The notes under the pieces: model-generated
The model's input: only the letters and a program-made list of their open reading frames with translations
What the model was told of the DNA's origin: nothing
The model's database searches: none
Shown here: positions 25,651 through 32,881 of the stretch, piece by piece
Layout: each line of letters opens with the position of its first letter
How positions within the stretch are numbered: position 1 is the first letter of the stretch
Made by a program: the position numbers and the translations under genes
Virus record (IMG/VR): IMGVR_UViG_3300027994_000012
Span: 1 to 33,622 of that record
Strand: one strand, 5' to 3'
From: a virus
Lineage: Duplodnaviria; Caudoviricetes
DNA: 33,622 nucleotides

Positions 25651-25914
25651 TTACCTTTTACCTTTCTTTAATTGTCGAAATGCTGCGTTTGTCGCGGCGT
25701 CGACTCGATTTAATAAGATTGATCGTGGCTCTGGCGAAATTACGCCAGCATCCTCGAGTAACTGTAATATTTTGTTAAGCTTGCCAGCGCCGATATTTAC
25801 AAAACGCTGTATATGGACCACTGAGGTTGTCTTTTGCATCACCACCACCATCACGACCGTCGCAACCTCTTTTTTGTCGAGCGGCTTTTTAAAAACGTCG
25901 GTGTATGCTTTCAT
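25651..25914 (-). CDS. Stand-alone FtsK gamma-like winged-helix protein
   Basis: TSVVHIQRFVNIGAGKLNKILQLLEDAGVISPEPRSIL fits the S-x3-QR-x3-IG..LE-xx-GVI..PR-x-IL pattern. Confidence 0.65.
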   Translation of the reverse strand: MKAYTDVFKKPLDKKEVATVVMVVVMQKTTSVVHIQRFVNIGAGKLNKILQLLEDAGVISPEPRSILLNRVDAATNAAFRQLKKGKR

Positions 25915-26123
25915 TGTTCGATCGGTTCCACGGTTACGCCGCTTGTTAATAGCTCGACGTCAATGTATTGCACTGGCACCTCGATCGTTGCGGTGATGAT
26001 CTCGTCGGGGCGCATCCTTATGTCGGCGGCAAGTACAACAATCTGCTCATCACCAATCTTGAACTTTGCGCTTTGTGGCGCGGTACCAGCTGTTATGTGC
26101 AAACCTTTCATACCTTTTGCCAA
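25911..26123 (-). CDS. Hypothetical protein (70 aa)
   Basis: Coupled ORF with AAGGA SD. Confidence 0.55.
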   Translation of the reverse strand: MAKGMKGLHITAGTAPQSAKFKIGDEQIVVLAADIRMRPDEIITATIEVPVQYIDVELLTSGVTVEPIEQ

Positions 26124-26317
26124 TTCCTTTCAAACGCCTCTTGCGAGCTGTATGGTATCGTCGGCTTTGACCAGAGCGTAAACCAGTTGCCAGCGGCGAT
26201 CAGTATTGAGCCATCGTACCGTTCATCAACAATCGCCACTCGGTATACTTTGCCATGCCGATAGCCCATACTGCCATCTTTACCTATAAATCGATATTTC
26301 ATCGGTCGAGGTTCCAT
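26108..26317 (-). CDS. Hypothetical protein (69 aa)
   Basis: FIGKDGSMGYRHGKVY..IPYSS..FERNW. Confidence 0.6.
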   Translation of the reverse strand: MEPRPMKYRFIGKDGSMGYRHGKVYRVAIVDERYDGSILIAAGNWFTLWSKPTIPYSSQEAFERNWQKV

Positions 26318-26353
26318 GTGATTTTAGCTCGCTGCCACTCGAGCGCCCACCAG

Positions 26354-26686
26354 CTATTTATCAGTTTTAACACTTTCAGTTTTTCCTTTCTTGTCGTCAT
26401 CAGTTTCGATGAAATCTGACGCGGTGCTTTTCTCGACACGCACCTCTATTTTTTCGCCATCAACTGCTTTTGCTGCAACGCCATCGACGCCCATGACCTC
26501 AGCCACTTTGCGGTTTGCATCGCGGTAAATCTTTGCGGCTTTCAGTAGTTTGTCATAATCTTCGTCACTCAGCTCGAGCATATAATCAAGCACTGAATTG
26601 TGATTGACTGCATCAACTTCATCAAGCTCTTGCAACAAATCATCTTGCTCGGTTGGCTGTTTCTTACCTTTATCAAATAAACCCAT
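26354..26686 (-). CDS. Hypothetical acidic protein (110 aa)
   Basis: Start moved to ATG 26686 (MGLFDK) after GAGGG. Confidence 0.65.
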   Translation of the reverse strand: MGLFDKGKKQPTEQDDLLQELDEVDAVNHNSVLDYMLELSDEDYDKLLKAAKIYRDANRKVAEVMGVDGVAAKAVDGEKIEVRVEKSTASDFIETDDDKKGKTESVKTDK

Positions 26687-26702
26687 GTACCCTCTACTTT
26701 CT

Positions 26703-26888
26703 TTATTTACAAATATAATCTCGATCGTCACCATACCAAGTGCCTTGGTATACCCACTCACAATCGTTTTGAGCGGCGTATACATCCATATTGGCACTTG
26801 TGCGCTCTCCAATGGCGAAAGCCACTGAGAACGCCGTTATAATGATGCATACGCTAATTGTTAATGTGCTGCTTGTGGTGGTTTTCAT
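26703..26888 (-). CDS. Small membrane/secreted protein (61 aa)
   Basis: N-terminal hydrophobic segment, paired C-terminal Cys; GAGG SD. Confidence 0.6.
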   Translation of the reverse strand: MKTTTSSTLTISVCIIITAFSVAFAIGERTSANMDVYAAQNDCEWVYQGTWYGDDRDYICK

Positions 26889-26972
26889 GTTTGCCTCGTT
26901 TGAACTTTTTTGTTTTGATTATTTTGCTGCGCATCGGTTTACGCAATATGCCTTTTGGTGCATTGTGAGCCG

Positions 26973-27242
26973 TCATGCTTGTCGGCTCACATATTCTACT
27001 TTTTGCGATGCCGACCAGAAACACTGGACCGCAAAGGCTTTCATGCCAGCGACATCGTTTAAAGTGTCTTTATAGTTTTCAAGCTCGCGTAATGCATCGA
27101 TCAAGAAAAGATGCATGCTCTCCATGTCAGTTGCGTTGCTAAACTCCATCTTTGCTGTGTCGATGAAACCGCTGATGTTTTGCCATACGATCTGCTTTTC
27201 AAGGTCGTTGACTTCGGCGTATTTTAGTTTGGTTGTTTGCAT
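26973..27242 (-). CDS. Hypothetical protein (89 aa), first gene of the early operon
   Basis: ATG 27242 with CGAAATGGAG SD, directly after a consensus promoter. Confidence 0.72.
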   Translation of the reverse strand: MQTTKLKYAEVNDLEKQIVWQNISGFIDTAKMEFSNATDMESMHLFLIDALRELENYKDTLNDVAGMKAFAVQCFWSASQKVEYVSRQA

Positions 27243-27284
27243 TTGTGATCTCCATTTCGTTAATGCATTTGTACTGTACTTATG

Positions 27285-27313
27285 ATTATATATTGCCCCC
27301 CACCGCATGTCAA
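27285..27313 (-). promoter_or_regulatory. Perfect sigma70/sigmaA promoter (early)
   Basis: TTGACA-17 bp-TATAAT. Confidence 0.9.
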
Positions 27314-27332
27314 CAATAAAATAGGGTGATTT

Positions 27333-27497
27333 TTAGTCACCCCTGTTAAATTGCTCGAGTTGCCCCTGTAATCTTATTTTCTCAGATGCGAGTAATAGTT
27401 GCTGCAATGCGATGTCGGCAAGCCGTTTTGTGACATCTTCGCGTGTCGGACCAGCTTTACGCTCTAGGTATTCTTTAATGTGGATGACCTCACCCAT
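27333..27497 (-). CDS. Small hypothetical protein (54 aa)
   Basis: GAAAGG SD; MGEVIHIKEYLERKAGPTREDVTKRLADIALQQLLLASEKIRLQGQLEQFNRGD. Confidence 0.6.
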   Translation of the reverse strand: MGEVIHIKEYLERKAGPTREDVTKRLADIALQQLLLASEKIRLQGQLEQFNRGD

Positions 27498-27772
27498 GTT
27501 GATTTGCCTTTCTCGATTTCTTCGATTTTGCGTTGTATTTCAGTGCTTTTTGATAGCAATGTCATTTGAAAGATGGTGGATGATTTGACGCGCCCCTTTT
27601 CTTTGAACAAATGATTTCGCCCCTCGATGCGCAAGTAATTATCTGTGAACTGTGAGCCGTCATACAGAGTGACGATCACACGCGCTTTTTGAAAAGTATG
27701 CGTATGCTTTGGTTTTTTCTGCCCTCGATAGCCATATTGGTTTATCTTATTCAGCCCACGGTTTGATCTCAT
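27464..27772 (-). CDS. Hypothetical basic protein
   Basis: TAATG-coupled ORF. Confidence 0.6.
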   Translation of the reverse strand: MRSNRGLNKINQYGYRGQKKPKHTHTFQKARVIVTLYDGSQFTDNYLRIEGRNHLFKEKGRVKSSTIFQMTLLSKSTEIQRKIEEIEKGKSTWVRSSTLKNT

Positions 27773-27930
27773 TACATAATTTTACCAGTAGCGTGATCAA
27801 TAGTCAGCAATGGCGAGTGATTGTGATAATGCGCAATCAGCTCAGATGTTGAGTTTGTTTTAAAACCGCAATCGCAATAAAAGCGATGTCGCAACTTTAA
27901 TTTAATGAGTATTTGTATTAGACCTTGCAC
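27772..27930 (-). CDS. Small C2H2-type Zn-finger protein (52 aa)
   Basis: GTG start after CGAAATGGAG; FYCDCGFKTNSTSELIAHYHNH. Confidence 0.6.
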   Translation of the reverse strand: MQGLIQILIKLKLRHRFYCDCGFKTNSTSELIAHYHNHSPLLTIDHATGKIM

Positions 27931-28138
27931 GGCGTTTACCCTCCATTTCGATTGGTATTTGTTTGATTTTTTCGACGTCGATAAGCATTGACGTTTCTAA
28001 CCATATAGTACGCTCGCCGCACGACTTGCACAATACCGCGCCAGCCCTAATTATCTTCAATCTGAGTTCATTGAGTGTTGCTGGGTCGACAGTCGCAAAA
28101 CACTTTTCATTGCCGCAAGAAAATACGACAACTGACAT
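27902..28138 (-). CDS. Zn-ribbon hypothetical protein
   Basis: CGNEKC..CKSCG. Confidence 0.65.
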   Translation of the reverse strand: MSVVVFSCGNEKCFATVDPATLNELRLKIIRAGAVLCKSCGERTIWLETSMLIDVEKIKQIPIEMEGKRRARSNTNTH

Positions 28139-28365
28139 TACAGCAACCTTGCAAAGCTTTTTGGCGGTTCATAGCCGTCAGCCTCCATGCTTTGGTGGAA
28201 ATCACATATGCGATCGGCTGTGCGGCACATGAGGCAACACCAGCGATCAGTAAACGGCTCAAGTGGTACGCTTACGATTTCAATTGGACCGCCAAGCTCA
28301 ACGCCCTCGGGTGCCTCTGGTACTTCAAAAGGCTGTCGATCTATTTTTGCATTAGTGAGTTGCAT
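28138..28365 (-). CDS. Cys-containing hypothetical protein
   Basis: CCLMC..ICDFH; TAATG coupling. Confidence 0.6.
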   Translation of the reverse strand: MQLTNAKIDRQPFEVPEAPEGVELGGPIEIVSVPLEPFTDRWCCLMCRTADRICDFHQSMEADGYEPPKSFARLL

Positions 28366-28628
28366 TATAGTTTTTTACCACCCAATTTAAAACGTATCAT
28401 TTCAACATCTTCATCGGGTATTGTTGCCGTGGTGCGTATTACAAATCTGTCACCAAATAGCTGCACACCAATGGATGGTTGACCGTGGGTAATCATTTTT
28501 TGAGTAATTGGGTATTCTTTACCGAGATGCTTGATCAGTCTTTTCTTTTCAGATTTCATTACGCCATCAACGCGGCGCTGATCGTCGGGGTTTTTATTTA
28601 CACCTGAGTCGACAAATAGTTCAGCCAT
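28365..28628 (-). CDS. Hypothetical protein (87 aa)
   Basis: TAATG coupling on both sides. Confidence 0.65.
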   Translation of the reverse strand: MAELFVDSGVNKNPDDQRRVDGVMKSEKKRLIKHLGKEYPITQKMITHGQPSIGVQLFGDRFVIRTTATIPDEDVEMIRFKLGGKKL

Positions 28629-29134
28629 TATGCTGCCGCACCTTTCACGTTTTCTTGGTAATATTTCGACGGCGATTTTCCGTTAATCAGTGATTTGGCA
28701 ACGTATTTTTGCGACAGCTTTTTTCTTTCAGCCAGTTCGATCAATTCAATAAAGCCAGCCATACCATTTGCTTTTATAAAGGCGTCAGCTTTGCGCACAT
28801 AAAACGGTTGGTATTTGCCAAACTTAAAACGCACGATCTTATCAGAGATAAACAGCGCTGTTTCTTTGGCTACCTCAACAGCCTTTTCGACAAAGCGATA
28901 TGTACCGTCACGGACCATCTTGCACAATTTTGCAAAATACTGTTTCTGGTGCGTTTTAGTTTTGGCAACCTCTATCATTCGCCCCCACTCTTCGGCGCGT
29001 CCAGCTTTCTCAAGCTTGATTTGGACCGATCGGAAAAACGGCAAATATGCCATGTTATCGATGAGCTGTGCGGCATCATCCCCTATGCGTTCAAGCATGG
29101 TTTTACGGCGCTGTTCAGTAATACTAAAAGACAT
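28628..29134 (-). CDS. Basic helical protein next to putative origin (candidate replication initiator/loader), 168 aa
   Basis: ATG 29134 with CGAAATGGAGG SD; two internally similar halves (YLPFF../YQPFY.., QKQYFAK/QKYVAK); function inferred from position only. Confidence 0.55.
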   Translation of the reverse strand: MSFSITEQRRKTMLERIGDDAAQLIDNMAYLPFFRSVQIKLEKAGRAEEWGRMIEVAKTKTHQKQYFAKLCKMVRDGTYRFVEKAVEVAKETALFISDKIVRFKFGKYQPFYVRKADAFIKANGMAGFIELIELAERKKLSQKYVAKSLINGKSPSKYYQENVKGAAA

Positions 29135-29175
29135 TGACCCTCCATTTCGTTTTTGTCTTTTTTGGTCGTGACTTG

Positions 29176-29205
29176 AATATACCACACATAATTGTTGGCT
29201 GGCAA
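29176..29205 (-). promoter_or_regulatory. Sigma70-type promoter
   Basis: TTGCCA-18 bp-TATATT with TG extension. Confidence 0.65.
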
Positions 29206-29221
29206 TCGTGATTAAGCTAAC

Positions 29222-29327
29222 TGTGCAAAAACCTGTGCAAAACGTGTGAATAACCCTCAATTATTAGCAGATCATCTATATAGTATGTAAATCTGTTTCA
29301 CTGAAACAATCTATATAGTATGTAAAT
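29222..29327. other. Putative replication origin
   Basis: Three co-oriented TTWTNCACA DnaA boxes (29222-30, 29234-42, 29245-53, minus strand); 19-bp direct repeats ATCTATATAGTATGTAAAT (29274-92, 29309-27) flanking TGTTTCA-C-TGAAACA. Confidence 0.7.
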
Positions 29328-29349
29328 GTCGGCTCTGACCTCTGTAAAT

Positions 29350-29378
29350 GAAAGACCGCGATTGTTTCGCGGTCGTTT
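29350..29378 (-). terminator. Hairpin/terminator after the 43-aa gene
   Basis: GACCGCGA-N5-TCGCGGTC followed by TTTC. Confidence 0.65.
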
Positions 29379-29510
29379 CTATAATTCGTAAAGTCGGTTG
29401 AAACCGTCGTCGAGCTTTTGCAAGATGATCGGTGCTTTAATGCGTATCTTCATTGCGATGTTGGCTTTGATGTCGTACTTGCCGTCGCGGTATATTTTCA
29501 TGTTATTCAT
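29379..29510 (-). CDS. Stand-alone small protein (43 aa)
   Basis: GAAAGG SD, own promoter and terminator; MNNMKIYRDGKYDIKANIAMKIRIKAPIILQKLDDGFNRLYEL. Confidence 0.65.
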   Translation of the reverse strand: MNNMKIYRDGKYDIKANIAMKIRIKAPIILQKLDDGFNRLYEL

Positions 29511-29541
29511 ATTTGTTTTAACCTTTCGTGGTTATGTATAC

Positions 29542-29570
29542 ATAATAGCACACAAGCCACATTTTGTCAA
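29542..29570 (-). promoter_or_regulatory. Strong sigma70 promoter
   Basis: TTGACA-17 bp-TATTAT with TG extension. Confidence 0.85.
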
Positions 29571-29606
29571 TACCCTATGCACTGAATACTTTATTTATTC
29601 ACAAAC

Positions 29607-29688
29607 TAAAAAGCTCGACAGCGCCGCCGAGCTTTATTAGTCGAAATGGAGTTTCTGACCTATCAGGGTTTTACACCTATCAGGCTAT
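29607..29688 (-). ncRNA. Candidate anti-Shine-Dalgarno small RNA
   Basis: TGG-TATAGT at 29694-29702; two CCTGATAGG units; hairpin GGTC(A)GAAA-CTCCA-TTTCGACT; terminator at 29608-29635. Confidence 0.55.
29608..29635 (-). terminator. Intrinsic terminator after terL/candidate sRNA
   Basis: AAAGCTCG-N10-CGAGCTTT then TT. Confidence 0.8.
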
Positions 29689-29694
29689 CATTAA

Positions 29695-31149
29695 CTATAC
29701 CATGATGCGCTGGGTGCTACTAGAGTTTGACTTGTCTTTCTTAAATCGGACCGCCCCATAATACGCAAATGCTGCCGCCTCGGTCGGGTCGCTTTGAATA
29801 TCATTATTCATTGCTGCATACCCAAACATGCCGTCACGCCCAATATCACGCTTTTTGACTGTCTTTACCGACACGTTGAGTGCTGGCTGATTGTAGTGCG
29901 TAAGCAACCGCTGCTCGATCGCTGTTTGAAACGATGAGTATGCTGCACCAGCCTCTTTCACATTTGGCGTTAATATCTTTTTACTGATCTTTGGGTCGGA
30001 CCGCGTAAGCTCTTCGACCAACAACTGTGTACCAGCCGCGCCATCGATAATGATTTTGTTGCATTTGCGCCATCGCTCTATTAGCCACATTGATAACCAT
30101 GAAATGCCAGCGTTCATTTGGCGGCGCTCAATTATCTCGACATGCACTCTTGCATCTGGCATTAGTACGCCCACGGCAAGCGATACAGCTGATCGATCGG
30201 GTGCAAACTTCACGGCGTATACTATGTTTGGCTCTGGCGGCAATACCACGCCATCGACAGCGAGCGGCAACCATTCATCGTCGCTGATAGCACGCAAGCT
30301 CTCGACACCTGCATACCACCCAAGGCGCATTTTATTAAAGCTATCGGTTGCCATTGTTGCCGACTCATTACGGACCGCTGAGATCATCAAGAAATAGCCA
30401 AGCGATGGGTTGGTGAAATACCATGCCTCTTCGTCTGTGACGTCTGTGATCGCCTCAACTGACCATTCTTGCCAGCAATAGCTTTCAGCCTTGCCAGTGA
30501 GTACGCTGTTGCGTGTGCGCGTCCATACGGTACCGCTCGAGCCAGCTGTTGGCGGCGTTCCTGCTCGTATGGTTTGGTGGTTTTGGCTTTTACCAGATGC
30601 GAGCGTTGGTAATAGAGCCTCTTGCTGCGCGTCGGTTTCTTCTTGCGCCTCGTCGATGATCAATGTATCGTTGGTGCTACCAAGACCGTTGGTGCGCGTT
30701 CGGGTACGAAATACGCATCGACCGCGATTGCGCAACTCAACATAATCGAGTGACTTTGGCTCGTTGTCAAACTCATCAGTAAGCATGTCGCGCAACTCTT
30801 CGTCGGCATCATAGAAAAAGCGCATCACGCGTCGCTTGATTTCTTTTACGGTATTGTCAGATTGAGCGGTATAAACTAGCGCCTCACCCAAAAATACCAT
30901 GCCACCAATAATGCGCACGATGATCAACTCAGATTTTCCGTTTTGGCGCGGCACCGATAGCCCACACTCTGGGTTTACCCATTTATCAAACTCATCGGTC
31001 GCCATCCATCGATACAAAATTGCACGCTGCCACGGCAAAAGCTTAATGCCATACGCCTCACAAAGCTCGATCGTTTTATCGGCAAGTTCAATATCACCAT
31101 TATTGTAAATATCGATGCGTGGTTTCTGACTGCCGTATCGTCGTGCCAT
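29695..31149 (-). CDS. terL: Terminase large subunit
   Basis: LLPWQ adenine motif, VPRQNGKS Walker A, LIIDEAQE Walker B, GTPP, NPSLG, C-terminal nuclease. Confidence 0.96.
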   Translation of the reverse strand: MARRYGSQKPRIDIYNNGDIELADKTIELCEAYGIKLLPWQRAILYRWMATDEFDKWVNPECGLSVPRQNGKSELIIVRIIGGMVFLGEALVYTAQSDNTVKEIKRRVMRFFYDADEELRDMLTDEFDNEPKSLDYVELRNRGRCVFRTRTRTNGLGSTNDTLIIDEAQEETDAQQEALLPTLASGKSQNHQTIRAGTPPTAGSSGTVWTRTRNSVLTGKAESYCWQEWSVEAITDVTDEEAWYFTNPSLGYFLMISAVRNESATMATDSFNKMRLGWYAGVESLRAISDDEWLPLAVDGVVLPPEPNIVYAVKFAPDRSAVSLAVGVLMPDARVHVEIIERRQMNAGISWLSMWLIERWRKCNKIIIDGAAGTQLLVEELTRSDPKISKKILTPNVKEAGAAYSSFQTAIEQRLLTHYNQPALNVSVKTVKKRDIGRDGMFGYAAMNNDIQSDPTEAAAFAYYGAVRFKKDKSNSSSTQRIMV

Positions 31150-31937
31150 TATGCTACTTTCTCCGTATCATCAATTGTTACCCGAGTTTTAAAACTTGTT
31201 TTGCGAGAGCCAGCCGATTTACCAGCGGTTGCCTTTGACTTGCTTGCATCATATTCACCGAGCAATTGACCGAGCTTGGTTTCTTTCTTTGGACCTTGCC
31301 GCTTTTCAAAGTCTGCAATCTGCGTCATCACTTCCGTCATTTGTTGCGCCAGAGATGCCGTATCGCGGTTACCAGCGCCTTTGTCGAGTTTTGCGGCTAG
31401 ACTATCGCGTATTGCTTTCAAAACGCCTAGGCGGTCATTTTTCGCTGCGAGCTGACCAATACTTTCTTTTGGCTTGGCGCCGTCGGTCGCTGTCGTCAAA
31501 CCAGCCTTGTGTACTTTATCCATTCGATATGGCGATGCAATTACATCGTGCCACCACGCAAGCGCTGTGTACGCCTCAGTTGGTAAGAAATCAAGACCAG
31601 TGACCGCAAGCTGTTTAATAGCGTTTGGTGTGAGCGTTTTGAAATAGTTGAGCCACTGATCATACCCATCGAGTTTTGGTATCTTAATTTGTAATCGCTC
31701 TTCATTCCATAATTGCGACAGCTCTTTAAACTTATCTTGCGACATTTTAACAAAATAATCATCAAACATTTTTGGCGTGATGACAGGCTTTTTCGGTGCG
31801 GCTTTTTTGCGAGTCGTTTTCTTTTTTGCTGGCGCTGCTTTCTGAACAACTTTTTTACTCACCGCCTTTGCTTTTGGTGGTGATTTCTCTTTTGGTTTTG
31901 ATACCTTTGCCGTCGACGCTGTTTTCTTGGCAACCAT
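31149..31937 (-). CDS. Terminase small subunit-like protein with long K/A/P-rich N-terminal extension
   Basis: Coupled to terL; C-terminal DRLGVLKAIRDSLAAKLD..RDTASLAQQMTEVMTQI resembles r1t-type TerS. Confidence 0.68.
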   Translation of the reverse strand: MVAKKTASTAKVSKPKEKSPPKAKAVSKKVVQKAAPAKKKTTRKKAAPKKPVITPKMFDDYFVKMSQDKFKELSQLWNEERLQIKIPKLDGYDQWLNYFKTLTPNAIKQLAVTGLDFLPTEAYTALAWWHDVIASPYRMDKVHKAGLTTATDGAKPKESIGQLAAKNDRLGVLKAIRDSLAAKLDKGAGNRDTASLAQQMTEVMTQIADFEKRQGPKKETKLGQLLGEYDASKSKATAGKSAGSRKTSFKTRVTIDDTEKVA

Positions 31938-31939
31938 GT

Positions 31940-32191
31940 TTATCGCCTCTCAACATCTCGAGCATGAAAGCCCATCGGCGGCTTTGGTTCCACTCGGACC
32001 CCATCGCCAACACGTTCAATATAAGCCTCTGGTATAAACTGCTCACGCGGCGCAATGTTATCTTCAAATACTTGCGGTTGTAATATCCAGTATTTGCCGC
32101 CGTTCAAATATTCAGCGCGACCAAGAGCTATGCCGACTTGGTTTGTCGTCACATCTTTTATCTCGTCACCCAACTGAATACTTTTAGACAT
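31940..32191 (-). CDS. Hypothetical protein (SH3-like beta barrel)
   Basis: IQLGDEIKDVTT..GIALGRAEYLNG..LQPQ. Confidence 0.7.
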   Translation of the reverse strand: MSKSIQLGDEIKDVTTNQVGIALGRAEYLNGGKYWILQPQVFEDNIAPREQFIPEAYIERVGDGVRVEPKPPMGFHARDVERR

Positions 32192-32202
32192 ACAGCGAGC
32201 CG

Positions 32203-32703
32203 TTATTTTTCTTTGGGGTCAAAATGAAAACCGCAATTCGGACATTCAACGTCTTTATTTTTTGATGCCTCAAACTCAACATCTTCTTTGTCGGACCGAT
32301 CACCAGTCATCGACGGTATCTTGATGCTTTTAATTCCCCACTCTTTCAGCTCTTCGGGGTTCCATACGTTTGCAATGATGTCGTAATCCCACTCACCAGA
32401 GTGGTCATTGTCGAGCGCTATGAAACGGCGTTTTTGAGCCTCTGTAAGATTATGCACTTGCTTAACTTCGACATCTTCGTACCCAAGGTCTTTGAGCGCA
32501 TACACTCGTTGGTGACCTGCCAGAATGATCATCTTTTCATCGACGATTATTTCGCGCAATTTCTTCATATCAGGAAACTCGAGCAATGATTTTTTCAGCT
32601 CTTCATATTCCTTGCGCTTGATCTTGCGTGGGTTGATTTCGTTTTGTATTAAATCATCAAGCTTGACGATTTTAATTTCAACCGATACATCTTTCTTTGA
32701 CAT
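32203..32703 (-). CDS. ParB/Srx-like N-terminal domain protein with C-terminal Zn ribbon
   Basis: NEINPRKI..IIVDE..ILAGHQRV..IALDN..GEWD; CPNCG; ATG 32703 after AAAGGA. Confidence 0.85.
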   Translation of the reverse strand: MSKKDVSVEIKIVKLDDLIQNEINPRKIKRKEYEELKKSLLEFPDMKKLREIIVDEKMIILAGHQRVYALKDLGYEDVEVKQVHNLTEAQKRRFIALDNDHSGEWDYDIIANVWNPEELKEWGIKSIKIPSMTGDRSDKEDVEFEASKNKDVECPNCGFHFDPKEK

Positions 32704-32756
32704 CGCCGTTTTTCCTTTCTTAACCGAGTGAGTTCTCGTGTGTGCGGTATGTGGCA

Positions 32757-32773
32757 ATTATAACACCATAAGC
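32757..32773 (-). promoter_or_regulatory. Extended -10 promoter for ParB-like/terminase block
   Basis: GCTTATGG-TGT-TATAAT. Confidence 0.68.
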
Positions 32774-32835
32774 GCGTTTGCTCAATCTGTGCTACAATGG
32801 ACCTACTAATAAAACAAAATAAACATTAGTGCATC

Positions 32836-32868
32836 AAAAAAGCCCCAATCTGCGAGAGGGGCTTTTTG
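32836..32868. terminator. Bidirectional terminator after holin
   Basis: AAAAAGCCCC-N11-GGGGCTTTTT. Confidence 0.85.
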
Positions 32869-32881
32869 CTTATTGAATAAG

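Noticed and set aside
6921-27351. 14-bp match CACCCCTGTTAAAT at 6921-6934 and 27338-27351
   Set aside because: A few 14-mer repeats are expected by chance in 33 kb, and the second copy is inside a coding 3' end.
29135-29260. N-terminal extension of the 210-aa ORF
   Set aside because: It overlaps the promoter and DnaA boxes; the SD supports ATG 29134.
29274-29327. 19-bp direct repeats as a mini-CRISPR array
   Set aside because: Only two repeats, a 16-bp palindromic spacer and no cas genes; an origin fits better.
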